Below, piece after piece: positions 25,775 to 40,717 of a stretch of DNA of 64,000 nt. The stretch's first letter is position 1, and every line of letters begins with the position of its first letter. The notes beneath the pieces are model-generated. The model was not told where the DNA came from. It saw only the letters and a program-made list of their open reading frames with translations, and ran no database searches. The DNA comes from Eledone cirrhosa (lineage: Eukaryota), in the NCBI GenBank assembly GCA_964016885.1, contig OZ024753.1, positions 4,650,001-4,714,000 on the forward strand, read 5' to 3'. The position numbers were made by a program, and so were the translations under genes.

Positions 25775-27429
25775 GTGTGTGTATGCGTGTGTGTGTGTCA
25801 TCGCGTCCGTATTTGTCTGAGTTTAGAAGTTATATTTACATTTGTTTCGCTTTTCATTTGTCAATTGAGATTACAGTAGAGAAAATTAAATTACATAAGT
25901 AAATTGACAAAAGACGACAGTACCTCCGATGTCTTCATATGATGATAGTGACCCCGGGCGAAAAAAGGAAACGTTTAGCCTAGATTTGTTTTAATCAAAC
26001 GGTAGGGTTAACAACTGAAAATATTCAGATCTGTGATTTGTGATTATCGTTTCGAATGTCTTCCATCCAGGACCATCACTCATATGTTCACACATTGTAT
26101 TCAATGCATCGATTTTAATAGGTTAATTGCTATTTCTAGGATGTCTTCCAGAACTTATATCTTTAAACTGGTTTAAGTGAGAGAGTAAATCATTCTCTCA
26201 TATAAATGTGATAATTATGCAATTTTTCACTGGCGTTGTTAATGCTGTTCTTATTGTTGTTAGGTATGTTTTTGTTTATGATGTTGTTAATCCATTGATG
26301 AATGAAAGCATGAATATGTCGTTGTAGTATTTGACTTCACTCTCTTGTTGTTGGCATTTGAATCCTTCTTGTTTCACCTTGTCTTTTTTGTTACTGTTTT
26401 TACTGACGTTAATGTTGTTGTTTTTGTTGTTGTTAATTCATTCATGAGTGTCAGCCGGAGTATATCGTTGCAATATATTTGGGCACCCGATAATGTTGAC
26501 TGTTGACACTATTCCAATGTTTCTACAGCTCATCACGTCATCTTTCTCCTGGTCTTTTTATTCTACTTTTTCTCATTTCTGACATTCTTCGCGATTCCGT
26601 ATTGATTTTACCATGACCATTGTCTGTCCTTTACCTGATGTCTGCTACTGTCCGTATCCAATTTTTATTTCATACAGTAATATGAATATATTCTACCTAT
26701 GTCCGTTCTCTTATCCGTTTATTTGTTTTACTCTCTTTGTGTTGTGTCTAGCGTTGATCTTTCCTTTTCTTTTCACGTTGGCACGCTGCCTACTTCCTAT
26801 CCATTGCTGCTGACTAGACGTAACAATAGCTCTTTGAAATATGAAGAAAGGTAAACACGGGTACATGAATATACATGGGCTAATTTGAAGAGGCGAATAT
26901 TAAATATCCGTTCCAAAAAAAGTTTGTTTATTTCCATCCCTCTGGAGTCGTTGAAAAAATGATTATATAGTCGATTTATATATTGGATTTCAGTTTACAC
27001 TCTTCTCCTTTGTCAACACCTCATCGTAGCGAAGCTACAAAACACAATTACCATCATGATCATCTTCATCATCATCACCTGTTTCGTCATCATGATCATC
27101 GTCATCATCAATTATGTTTACCACTGTAGTTTCATATATTTGCGTGCTTTCACAATCAGCCAAGTGTATTGGGAACGTACGGTATATTTCTTATGATTTC
27201 ATTAAGTTTAAACTACTCCATGTAACTAGTGGGCAGTGCCTAGTAGCGCTCTGTTCTTTAAGTAGTATTTTTAATGTTATTTTACTGTGTGCATAGTACG
27301 TGTATATATGCATTTATTTTTTGCCAGACTTCAAATCAATTTGCTTTTTGTTCGATTTCAATACTAATATTCTGAATAAAGCTATTTCTATATGTAGACC
27401 AAGCCTGAATATGTCATTCTGACAACGAG

Positions 27430-27680
27430 TATTCCAGTTAATACGATCAACGGAACAACCTACTTGTGAAATTATCCTGTAGGTCACTGTGAGTTTCACA
27501 GAAACCTGTACTTTTAACTTAGTTTTCAGTGAGATTCAGCATGACACAGGGCGTGACAAGAGTAATGATTTAAATTACAGTTATAACTCATTTTGCAACG
27601 TGAAATAAAGTGTGTTACTCACGGAGAAAACTAATCGACGTTACGATCGTCAGCCCAACACCTTAACCACCAAGCCTTCA
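27430..27680 (-). mobile_element. CORE-like tRNA SINE
   Basis: GTGAAATAAAGTGTGTTACTCACGG resembles the reverse CORE-domain motif; CCTTAACCACCAAGCC is a reverse A-box-like head. Confidence 0.65.
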
Positions 27681-28573
27681 TTTATATGTAGGGATGAATA
27701 TTCGACTGATTAACCCTGTTCTACTTGACGTTGATGACATGGATTATCAAGCAATATATGATATTTGTCATTCTCTGGTGTCGGGTGTATATATACCACG
27801 TTTTTCCTGTTGTTATTTGTGAATGTTGATATTTCTAATTCATGAATGTCCAAATGCAATTCCAATTGGTTAAGATCGGCATCGACATTATCATTATCAA
27901 CATCGCTGTTGTGATCATCATCATCATCATCATCTTAAAATACGTTTATGGGAGACTCGACTACGTAACTATATGTTTGGCCGATGTGAAATGCATTTAG
28001 TACTAACTTATGTTATGTCGTTCTTTGGTTTTTGTTCCACAAGAAATAAATGTGGGGAAAAGACCAACAGTGCATTTCACCACTCTCTCTCACTCTCTCT
28101 CTCTCTCTCTCTCTCGCATCTCTTCTCCTTTCTCTTCTTCGCTCTTTCTCATCTCCCTCACATGTTTTTAGTTTTTCTTATTCCCTCCACTTTCTATCCT
28201 TCTAACTCTCGCATCTTAGCTCACTCCTCCCATCTCCTTGTACTTCTAGAAACAACATTATGAACACGAATAACAAACATATATTTACGCAATGTCACTT
28301 TAAATTCCCTTGGGACTGAGAATGAATAAGAAAGGCAAAAACCTGGATTGGAACTCGTCTCGTTGAAGTTCTTAAGGGGTCGTAATGTATATTACCGTGA
28401 TAAAATATTCTCCAGGAGGACCATGAATACATATACGAGAAGAGGACAGCTAGAATTGTTTCATGTCTGTTAAGTCATCTGAAAAAGTCTTTTGATTTCA
28501 AATGAATGAGATCTAGTACCGTAGAAGTCATTAGTAAGTATATGAAATAACTCACACATATATATATATATAC

Positions 28574-28625
<52 letters not shown>

Positions 28626-29714
28626 GTGTGTGGCAATGTATGTGTGTCTAAATATATATATAGAGATACTTATTTATTTGTATGGATAGATATGTATTGG
28701 AAGATAAAACATCGTGAAATTCGTTTTTTAATGCAGACAATTTGAATTTTTTTCTTTGTTTTCCATGAATAAATGTAAAAACAGAAACGATATTAAAATT
28801 GTCTGCACAAACAAAACTAACTTCAAAACATATTATTTGTCTCTCTACTTGAATAACCAGTGGTTTTGAAAAAAGATTTCTATTGGAATTGAATATATAT
28901 ACATGTATAGATACACATATATATATATATATGTTTGTGTGTACGTATGTGTGTGTATGTGTGTGTGTGTGTGTGTATGCGTATATATATATATATATAT
29001 ATATTTACTTTATAAATATATACGTATATGTAATTGGCATACATGCGGTTACAATTTTTATCATGATGTTACTTCCTAATATCGTAAATGAGTCTAATCT
29101 AATGCCAGGAATTTATTTCACGCAACATCGACTGTATAAGGTCTACGTCAAACATTTCGTCTATATATATATATTATATATATATATGTATATGTATATA
29201 CATATATAGAGATAGCTCGCTATGTAGATTGATACGAGTGTAATACACAAGGTTTATTTCTCACAAATTCCAATGATATATCATTCCTCACTCCAACGTA
29301 ATAGTAGAAATCAAATTCACAAAATGCCTCGCAATATGCTGTAACCGGACTTCAAGAAGTTGAAATCATCACTGAGAGCTAGAGGGCAATATTTACAGAC
29401 TCTGGAGGTGCAACTATCTGGAACATGAACTTGTCTATAGTTATGGAAAAATTTGTTAGTGTCATTCCAGGTTTACTTGAATATCGTATATATAGTATCA
29501 ATTATATTTGCGTTGATAGACAGATTCTTTAATTGTCTTTTAATTAAACAACACCTGTATTTCTATAGATTATCTACTCACCCCACAATAAATTATCCGG
29601 AACGTTGTATCTCAATATCGATTATAAATTCAGAATTTTCATTTTTAAAGTCAGAGTAATTTTATGTTATCCGATAGTCTACCTGCACGCTAAATCTCCT
29701 ATCAAACCATTATT

Positions 29715-30140
29715 ATTGCTATTGCTTTTTCCCTCAACTGCTAACGCCTGAGATGTATTACAGAGTTAGCTCTTCACTGCTAGTGAACTGAGGTAACAGC
29801 TTATATTTTTCGAGTAATCTATGGAGTATTCGAGCTGTTCCAAGCAATGCTGTTTGTTTTTGTTTTTGTTTTTTTTTGTAAGTGTTCCATCCATATTGTA
29901 ATCTCTATTTGTACTTCTGAAGACTCAGGATATTTACTCACAGCTCCTAAGACTCCAACTATTATTGGTATCACCACCACCTTTTCCAGAGACTACATCT
30001 GCTTAACCCCGCAAGCTACCCTGCCATATCTATCAATATTTTCCTTCTTTATCACATAACTTGTTATCACCTGGAGAGACTATAAGTATGATTCAACAAT
30101 ATTTGCTTTCTTTCTCAATTAATACCCAATTTTCTCTGGC
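29715..30140 (-). pseudogene. R4/Dong-clade LINE 3' fragment (restriction-like endonuclease C-terminus), decayed
   Basis: Minus translation KVVVIPIIVGVLGAVSK...MEHLQK...ALLGTARILHRLLE; same motif as 59613-59798; (TAA)n-type tail. Confidence 0.75.
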
Positions 30141-31755
30141 TGTCCTGTCTTCAACATTTTTATGGTATTGTCCATACATTCTTTTTTTCTGTCCATCTAC
30201 ATTTAGTTTCATTCATTTTAATTCATTGTACTCTGTTGCTTCTTTACAATTTTCTATTTTACACAGCCCTGACCTTCTTACTTCCAGCAACAGCAGTTCT
30301 GTTGATTTTATTGTGTACCACGCCATGTGTACCACGCCATCAGATGCCATAGGGACACAAACAACAGTAAATATATTTGCAAAGTTTTTTTAAAATTGAT
30401 AATGCCCTTCTCAGGACAAAAGCAATGTCAGTCAGCACTATTTTCTGTATCTCTTGCAGAGATGGCTTTCCAGGTATCCCGTCTAAATATTGGAGACATT
30501 AGTAATGCATGAGGTTATATCTAAAGAAACGACAGAACGGGTATAGATCGAATGCTAGAATTCATAGATGTGATTACCCAGCATTTATCTGGAAGTAAAC
30601 AACATGTAATAAATGTATACGATGGAAAATGAATATCAAATAATTTTCGTTCAATCGTCTACATGACAAACACAATTTGAAACAGGGATACACAATAATC
30701 TTGTCAAACCACTAGCTTGAGTTCTACTGCGGTTGTCATGCAATCACTTATAGAATATTGGCATAGAATATATTTATTGTTAATTTAATTATATTAAGTT
30801 GGTATAATGTGTAATGTTTTGCATGTTTACTTCGGTTTTCATATATCATCAACAAATTTTATGTATATTTGATGCTCGTTCCAAAACCTATATAATACTT
30901 TTAAGAATGATTTTGTTTAATATATATGCATAAAGTACACATCAACAATGTTTTACGATACAAGCGATCAAATATTCCTGTGATTACTCTATTCCATAAA
31001 TATGTAAATAATAACTTAACTTTAACTAACAAAGAAAGCAAACCGATATGTAATCTATGAATTCAGATAAGATACCAACTAATTCAGTTAAATTCAATGA
31101 AAACATAATTTTTTTATTAGATTTATAATTATTGATATTTGAAAGTTTACAATGCTGTCTCGCATTATTACAATGAACGTATGCGTGTGCATGTGACTAC
31201 TTATATACATATATAAATATTCATTATACCATATGAAATTTGAATATATATAAACTACATTAATATTCTAATAGAGCAATAACGTACTTTATCTCTTTAT
31301 GGAATATGTAGACTCTTCCCATCTTTCATTTGTGAGCTGCAGATTCAAACCTCGAAAGTGGTTCAGAACTACTGGATAGGAGAACAATTCACTGTCTCAA
31401 ATAACTGTCTAACCCGAATAGTTAAGCAGAGCCGACGTGATAGAAATAGGAGTAAAATCGCGCTATACCTTCTTACACAGGAAAATCATATTGGATAATG
31501 GTGTTGTAAATACGAGGGTAACCTGAATTGTATGGAATGGACACTAAACAGACGCCGTGGATCGTGTGTTTTTTCAACCATAGGTGAGGCGGAATTTTAA
31601 ATAAATTATTGTATTTGGGAATTCATAGACAAATTCACACAGACACACAGAAAAACAGACGCACATATGCGCACTTACACACACATACACACACACAAAC
31701 ATACACACATGAATAGTGTTGTCAATGAAACATCGATTTTACCTGTAGCAGGAAT

Positions 31756-31960
31756 GTTACGTTTCTAAGGCAATCCAAACTAAAGATGGAATACTTTAGA
31801 CTGGATTGCCTCGGAAACGTAACCTTATCACAGAACGATGCTGTCCGATGTGATCATGTGACTGGTTACATGATTGAACAATCACGTAACCGTGATTGTT
31901 TTTGAAATATGTATCACAGGTTTGTTAGTAAAGGAGTTTTTAACATCTACATGGAATTTC
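31756..31960 (+). mobile_element. Family D copy with 5' fold-back (31756-31823) and decayed hammerhead (31840-31920)
   Basis: CTGT-CCGATGT(for CTGATGA)-...GGTTACATGATTG/CAATCACGTAACC...-GAAATATGTATC-ACAG. Confidence 0.6.
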
Positions 31961-31961
31961 G

Positions 31962-32113
<152 letters not shown>

Positions 32114-32835
32114 GTTAGGAACTGCCTCAGTACAAATCTTGAGAAGCCGGGCTTCACAGAACCGGAAAGAACACGACTAGTTAGGTTCTTCATCATCGTC
32201 AACATCATCATTATCATAGTCACCATTATCATAGTCATCACCATCATCTTCATCACATCTTGGCTTTAGACGTCTGTTACTGTTTGCGCATGGTTCTGGC
32301 ATCTTATTGTTATATTCCTTATTCCTTAATAAATGCAATTAAATAATTCATGTCCATGGCTTTTCAGAATGGAAATGAAAGAGAATGAAATGTAAATATA
32401 TTTATATGAAAATAAAATAAATAAAATAGAAATAAAATTAAATAAAATTGAGATAAAATAAAATAGAAATAAAATAAAATAAAATAAGCAAAGCAATATT
32501 TAATAGTAGAGATTAGATCTCAAAGGACATAATGTAGTTTTTGTTAACCCTATATTGTATTTCTGGCTGAAAAGAGAGATAATATAATTTGTTTCATGAA
32601 AATACAATGTGTAAGTCTACAATCAATACGTGTAGCGAGTTGAATGATGTGTCGTGAAACTTCTATGGCGATTTCCAAGCATCCAGTATCTGTATCTAAG
32701 CATAATCTCTCTTATGGCACGTAAGTAAGTATATGTTGGTTGTTTTTGATGCTGATATCGTTATTGACGTTATTGATAGTATTATTGTTGTTTTTGTTGT
32801 TGTTGTTGATGTCATTATTCATCGACGCCGTCAAC

Positions 32836-32836
<1 letters not shown>

Positions 32837-32915
<79 letters not shown>

Positions 32916-33016
32916 CGCAGTCGCAGTAGTAGTGAGGGTTCTTGTGATAGTGGTGATATTGATGTAAGTGATGGTTGTATTAGCAGCATTAGTAGCAGTA
33001 GCAGCAGCTGTACTAC

Positions 33017-33095
<79 letters not shown>
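32837..33095. repeat. Two (TAG)n microsatellites
   Basis: Direct inspection. Confidence 0.95.
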
Positions 33096-33096
<1 letters not shown>

Positions 33097-34790
33097 ACAA
33101 TGTGATGCGTCCTTCAGGGATAGAGCCTAAATAATAGATGACGATGCATATTGATACAAAGAATTTTCGAGAAAAACAAACTAAATTGAGAAAGAAGTAA
33201 AATAAACTAATACACATAATAAATGGCGAAGAAAACAATGATGGAAGTAAGAAATAGAGTAGATAGTATTTGGAACATATTTCCATTTCCATCTGCGAAC
33301 ATGAGAGACTTGATGAATTTCTGCTGAAGTCAGAGTTCAGTGAAATGTCAAAAGTCGAACTGTCCCTTCTTCAATACCCTTCTTTCTCCCATCAGCGATC
33401 ATGGAGTGAATATTGATCACAACTATAGTTTGGTGCGTGATGTAGAATATTTTAGAAATAGTTGTATTTAATTTTTGATAAATCGATGACGCTTAGAATG
33501 GAGTGTTATGTAGGACAGATAGATAGATGAATTAATGATTCATAGTTTTTCTGTCAATGCATATTAAGGTTCATGTCAGTACGTAGCAGAGTTCCATATA
33601 TGTAATGAATTCTGAGAAGAGGATTTACAGAATGCATTTATTAAATAATAATAACCTTTAGTTTTCTACTTCATTTCTTCTTTTTTCTTTCGGCTATTTT
33701 CATAACGAAATGTAACTGAGCAGTGTCAAAGATTATATTTTAGAATATTGAGAATTGTATTGAGATTTGCTATCTGATAATACTTTTGTTCGCCGATTGA
33801 TTTGTTTTTAGATTGCATGCAGAAACCAACAGGTGTATATATAAAACAATATGTTGGCATTTCTAGATGGAATAAATATTATGAAATGATTGCAGCACTT
33901 TCTTACGCTTGTGCATTAATTCATTTTTGTATCTGAAGAGAAAAGATGTAACCAAAATATTAATCCGTGAGCAAGATATTTTCGATAGATCAATAGCTCT
34001 ACAAAAGTTGAAGAGATCAAATATATCACAACAGTTTGATCAATGTTCAATGTTCAACATTTGTTAGTGGTTCGTCTTTGAAAAAATATATATAACGCGT
34101 TCTTTATAAAATTGTTTATGTCGTAAGTCCATATTTCATACGTTTTGATTATAAGTAAATACGGAAAGAGAAATGTTATGTCAATTATAAGAAAATATCT
34201 TTATATATTGATTATATTCCACTCAGTTCTTAACAAGAGAAGGGCTTAGTACAAATATATATTTTGTTTGGTAATTGAAGGTAATCCCAAATGGAATGGA
34301 TATAGTAGTAAAGACTGATCGATTTCCTTGTTAACCAAAAATGAAAGACATGTTATTAAAATGCCTACAATATAGTAAAGGTTTTTGAAATATATTCACT
34401 CTGCTCTGAATTCATGAAGATATATTCGTATAAGAAACATTGTAGTACTGAATGGTAATATGATGAAAAGTCTATGAGTTGTGTACACCCTTTACCTGCT
34501 AAAGTACGGAAATAACTGTCAAGAGCCCTGGCCAATTCTATCTACCAACGATATCATTAATACTTTCAAAGCCTGTTAGTCCTTTATACAGAAAAGACTA
34601 AATACACCCTTAGGGACAATAGAGTGCGTAGGATAGGATATCATGTTAAATAGTCTGTAGCTTTGTAAATCAAGTATCCCGAATAAGATTAATACGGAAG
34701 CCATATATTATGTTAATATTTGCTTTTTCCTATTCACATGATCCTCTGCATTTATAGTCCTATTTTGTACCCATTATCATCTCTCTATTG

Positions 34791-34985
34791 AGTGGCGATG
34801 GATTGGCAGATCCGGTAGAGGGTCGGACGCCATATTTTACAGCATAAAGTTACGGCCCTTTACGGTCTGAGTTCAAATCCCGCCGAAGTTAACTTTGCCT
34901 GTCATCCTTACGGGGTCGATAAAATAAAGTACCAGTAATGCAATGGGATAATTGCTGGCCTTGTGCCAAAAGTAGAAACAATTAT
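34791..34985 (+). mobile_element. SINE family A
   Basis: A box, B box, core and tail all present. Confidence 0.9.
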
Positions 34986-36256
34986 CATCTTTCTTTTGAC
35001 CTATTATATATGTCTGCTTCGTCGCCTCAAATACACATAGCTTGATAATTATTAAAATACATCCAATACTTTTTAGGAAATTTGAAAGGTTAGTAAATAA
35101 ATTCCGTGAAAGTCTACCGATTACTACTTGAAACTAATTCCTTTCACTCATTCTACAGCTGCCTTCAACATATAATAATGCTATCCGTTTTGATTTTATC
35201 CTATAAAGCGTTCGTCTGTTTCCATGTGAAAAATTGCTTTAACTTTAATATATATTTCACAGGTTGGCCAATACTATCATGCTTTGCTGCTTTAAAGCTA
35301 ATATTCCCAGTGGGAATGATTTGCCCCAAGCTGACACGCATTGACAGATTTTACATCAGATATGCAATCGATAAAAAACAACAAACAAGCTCCTATTTAC
35401 GCCAAGGTTTTCTCTATTCCTATTATCTCTTTCCAGTTACGTAGTAGCGGTTTTTGAGAATAGCTTCTTTTAAGATCATGTAAAGCAGTAATATCATATA
35501 TGCTTAATTTTGTAAAATATATGCTATTTATGGCGATCTATCATTATTATTTTTTTGCTTAAATTCTGTACTTATGAATAACAGATATTGGTTTCTATAC
35601 ACAACAGGTTCCATTGAATTTCAGAAATCAAGTCATTATTAATCTTTCATAAATCACTTAAGCCACGTATTTCAATACTGGATATATTGAAAAGAGGAAA
35701 TATATTCCTTTCATATTGCGAAACTATGTATATTTTCTATCTCACTTTAAATTATTCATATAAAATTAAAAACACTCTTTTGTCAAGTACAACGAGGAAA
35801 CAATTCTGGCGATTGATATAATAAGTCCATATGATATGCTTTCATGTCCGTTTGTGTATTTTCTATCGTAAATATTAATAAATATAGATGTATCATGCCC
35901 TGGTTTTAGTGCAACATTAACATATCATCAAATTGAATTCTGCTTCTTCAGTTTCAATATGTCTTATTTCTGGTTGACACTGTTTAACTTGAGGCTTTTA
36001 CACTACCGTTTCTAAATTTGTAATTTACGAACAATTCACTGAACCCAGTAACTGATTTAGATTTTAGTGTAAATTTCTATTTATTTATCAGATTGAAATT
36101 GCTTTTATTTTAATAGAAAGTACAACGAAAAGATATTCAATATCAATCCTAAATGTATATTAGTGGTAATTATTTCATGATTGCCAAACGATTGCCTATG
36201 AATGTATATACATTGGCAAATTGTATTGAGGATGTTCGATATTATAAAGTATAACA

Positions 36257-36561
36257 ATGGAGCTAAAGGCGAACGAGGCACTGCCCCCCGGAGCAGATAC
36301 AAACTATGCAGTGTGGAAATTTCTCAATAGATTAAGATCTGGTGCAAAATGGGGATATTTCATTGATGTGGACATTGTCTGTGACTGCAGCATCGAACGA
36401 TAGACAACGCAGCACTTCCTGATATGCCCTCTCCTGGAACACGCCTGCACAGCATTGGACTTGGCAGAGTTTTATGAGAAAAGACAGAAATATGTTCAGC
36501 TATAGCGGAAACACATCTAGCCGAACTTTGTAGCTGACACTCTTGTGAACACGATAATAAC
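36257..36561 (+). pseudogene. Vingi/Ingi-like LINE 3' end (CCHC zinc knuckle), with stops
   Basis: LPPGADTNYAVWKFLNRLRSGAKWGY...CDCSIER*TTQHFLICPLLEHACTALDL; ends GAACACGATAATAA. Confidence 0.75.
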
Positions 36562-36691
36562 AAGCGTAATTTAGAAAGGTGCACTTTTAGAATGTATATC
36601 TATTAAAGAATTACTGTGAAATCTATATATCACACGTTAGAAAGTTTTCTTCCGACTAAAGGTAGCAGGATAATATGCGTATTTATATATA

Positions 36692-36730
<39 letters not shown>

Positions 36731-36848
36731 GTATATATAGTATATTTGGCAATATGCTGCATGCTTAATTAAAAACATTTTGAAGACCTTACGCTATTGT
36801 TTTAAAGTAGTGACTATGTCACTTCTTTTTTCAACAAGCAAAGGGAGA

Positions 36849-36896
36849 TAAGCTGACATATCTCTGTTTCATACTGTTGATAATCATCAGAGCTTA
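36849..36896 (-). ncRNA. Type I hammerhead (stem II weakened)
   Basis: UAAGCU-CUGAUGA-UUAU(CAACA)GUAU-GAA-ACA(GAGAUA)UGU-C^AGCUUA; U-U at the stem II base. Confidence 0.75.
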
Positions 36897-37366
36897 GCAC
36901 TCGCCTTTGTCTGTTGAAAATTCTAAATGTTGGATTCTTATAGAATTCCAGTAATAATCAAGAACTGCTAATACAGAGCGGTTGCCGGTCCAGCAAACAT
37001 TAAAAATTAGAATTGGTGCTATGAAATAGCGATGCATATATGAATGTATATATAGTATATTTGGCAATATACTGTATGCTTAATTAAAAACATTTATCTC
37101 CCTTTGTTTGTTGAAAATCGAAGTAAGTAACATAGTCACTACTTTAAAACAATATCGTAAGGTCTTCAAAAGGTTTTTAATTAAGCATACAGTATATTGC
37201 CAAATATACTATATATGCATTCATATATACATCGCTATTTCAGAGCACCAATTCTAATTTTCAATTTTTGCTGGACCGGCAACCGCTTTGTATAATCAGT
37301 TCCTGATTATTACTGGAATTCTATAAGAATCCAACATCCATAATTTTCAGCAGGCAAAAGGAGTGT

Positions 37367-37414
37367 TAAGCTCTGATGATTACCAAGAGTATGAAACAGG
37401 GGTATGTCAGTTTA
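37367..37414 (+). ncRNA. Type I hammerhead (stem II base U-U)
   Basis: UAAGCU-CUGAUGA-UUAC(CAAGA)GUAU-GAA-ACA(GGGGUA)UGU-C^AGUUUA. Confidence 0.78.
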
Positions 37415-40251
37415 TCTCCCTTTGTTTGTTGAAATCAGAAGTAAGTGACATAGTCACTACTTTAAAACAATAGCGGAAGGTCTTCAAAATGTTTTTAATT
37501 AAGCATACAGTATATTGCCAAATATACTATATATACATTCATATATACATCGCTATTTCAGAGCACCAATTCTAATATATATATATATATACTGTCGGAA
37601 ATTTTTATTTTACTACCTGAATATACGTCAAATTTGTTTTCTTTTTCTAGTATCTAGTCAAGAGAAAAATTGGTTTTCTATCAGAGAAGTCAGACAGTTT
37701 TAGTGGTTGGTGAAATGAAGTTTGTTGACATCTAGGCCATTACTCGTGCAATATAGTTCAGTGTAAAGGGAATCGGTTGCAAATGTAAAATGAGTAACAA
37801 AATATATCTTCAAGATGAATATAATTTTACTTTCATTAACTATAATGCACGTTTCGTTGGAAGAACATAGTACTGTTGTATTTATAATTCATTCTACCAA
37901 AAAGGATATACGTAGGCCAAATACAGCGAATCTTGCATTGTATATGGCGAAACGAGTTTAAACTGCCTTACATTCACACCGGTGACAGTAAATATTATCA
38001 ACTCATTTCTATAAACACACATATTTCGGGAGTGTTTATGTTTCGATCGATCTGCTAGAAACAAGAGGGAAATTTCCCTCGAATCCCATTTTCTCCATCG
38101 TAAAACGGAAATACTATACAATGTGTTTCTGAGAAATAAAATCAAGACAAGATGCTATCGACATGAATGTATTCGGACCAAGGATCTACACAATAAGCTC
38201 AGTACATCGACAATGTTGTTATTGCTTTCTCATGTGTAATTGGATGCGTTCAAGATCCTCAAAGTTTTATTTTATAGAACTGGTAAGATTAAAGCAGTAG
38301 ATATTCAGTCTCAACATCTTAGGTACAATACTACAAATATAGGACACATTTTGACGTTCATATCTTTTCTCGGGGGTGTTTACATATATTATTTGCAATG
38401 TTTCAAACTGTGAAAGGAATCTAAAAACATTGGTATTTTGCATATAATTTATTCTCCTTAACTCTACTTACATCTTTGAAATAATAAATCACCTTTAACG
38501 TTAAAGATACTGGGGAATGCATCAATCTATACGAGAAGAATATGGCTATCATAAATAAGATAATGATAGCCCAGAAAACAATGCTCTGTGTACACAATTT
38601 GTCACTTAAGAAATAGATCTTAACTCGTTCTCAACACTTAAATTCTGTTCTCCCCGTTTTGGAGAAAAATAATTTCAGAGCACAATGTTACTTTTCCACA
38701 TTTACGTTATTGTTATTTTATAACTTCTAATCTCGAATGACATTTCTATTTGTTTTTCTTTGGTAATATATCACTCTTATTGTTAGCCCAAATCGTGTTA
38801 CAATACTTGACATGTTTCTCACATTTTAGCTCATCTATCATTGAAAGTGTTATGGTAAACATGATGCAAAATTACATAATGTATAATTTAGTTGAGATAT
38901 CACGCTAAGTTAATCTTTAAAACTAAAGAACACTGAAATCTTTCCTCTTATGTTACGATATACATATGGTTACTGTTAAACTCAGTATAACTTTTCGGTG
39001 TTCGCTATTCAGCAATACTGCATATGTTTAGATAAATTATAAATTAATGTTTACAATTTTCATTTTCAATTAAGAATACCTTTGTTTAGACAACACATGT
39101 TACGAAAGTAGCATCAAACGCCATACATTTGCTTCTACATAGTATTAGTGAAATGCATCTCGTAATAATAAATTTATTACACTGATACAAGACCCCCACG
39201 TAGTTAGGGGAATACTGATAATTAAATCATCTGGTATTATTTCTCTAACCAGGCAAACACGCAAGGCTATTTGAAGAAAGAAGAACTGAAGCGGTAGTGA
39301 GGGACAATTAAATATTATTCATTTACTGTCATCAAGCCTGTTGTTAGCAACACGCCATTATTATGCAATCATAATTTTCGATCTGGGCAAGTCTACGAGT
39401 GATTCGCTATAATTTTCACGTTATGCCACAGCAATAATATACACGATATTAAAATGTTATAGATCCATTTGTTTCTATGTATACATGTATATATGCATGT
39501 ATATAAGCACATGTGCATTATTGTGTGTATCTATGTATGTATACATGAATGTATGTATATATGTATATATGTATGTACGCATATATGTATGTATGTATCT
39601 AGCCATTAGAAAAAGCAAAATGAATTATACACCTTTGGTTACAGATACAAAACAGGACACAATGCGCTACTGGTTATTGAACCTGTAAGCTGGTGATTAC
39701 AAGCTGAACACCTAAACCACAAAGTCGATATAGAGAATACGATGACTAACATAATTCAACGGAAATGCCATATGATTGATACATCATTGTGTTTATTGCG
39801 GCCCTTCTGTACACCCATAACAATCATTTTGATCCGAAATTTGAATATAATATAAACTTCCAAGCTGGATTACATATGTTGTCTATATAGGATGTAGTTT
39901 ATTACAATGTATATGCAATTACTGAAAACGGTTATGTGGTCGTAGCTGCGAAAGTTTACATAACACTATAAACTAGCTCTCCTTATTTCGTGAATAGAAC
40001 ATGGTACGTTATTTTAATGAATATAGAAGATTTATGCTCGATATAAAGCCTGAAACACTTTCATTGTGATCTAATATTAATAGGTACTCAACTTATTATA
40101 TTAGACATGCAGTCACTATATACTGATGTATATCAATCTACCTACATTGACCACACCTTTTTATAATGAAAACATGTACAATTACGTTGACTCTATTCAC
40201 TATTGTTTTCGATTTTTATATGTCAATTTTCACTCAAGCATATATATATAT

Positions 40252-40717
40252 ATGAGATGCGCAATGCTGCATGGTAGTGACGCATGGGCAGCAACTTCAG
40301 AGGATATGCGACGGCTGGAGAGAAATGAAGCAAGCATACTTCGTTGGATGTGTAATGTCAATGTGCGTGAACGACCAAGCATAGATGAGTTGAGAGGGAA
40401 ACTGTGTATAAGAGGGATAAGTTGTAGTGTGCGGGAGAGAAGACTGCGATGGTATTGACATGTGATGCGCATGGAGGATGACCGCTGGGTAAAGAAGTGC
40501 CAGGAAATCCCAGTAGAAGCAAGACGTAGTAGAGGAAGACCACGAAATACATGGGCGGAGGTGGTGAGAGCGGACCTCAGATCGCTGAAGCTGATGGAGG
40601 AGATGACGAAGGACCGTGATACGTGGAGAGATGCTGTGCTGAATAGGACCCGTCCCACCCTTGCAAGCATGGAAAAGCGGACATAAAATGATGATTATGA
40701 TGATGATGATGATGATG

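Larger units (their letters stand above)
36725..37575. mobile_element. Retrozyme-like locus 2: ~1.2 monomers on - (36725-37095) head-to-head with ~1.5 monomers on + (37093-37575); monomer 318 nt
   Basis: Clear homology to 20300-21235; ATCTCCCTTTG at 37096/37414 and CGCTATTTCAGAGC at 37233/37551. Confidence 0.85.
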
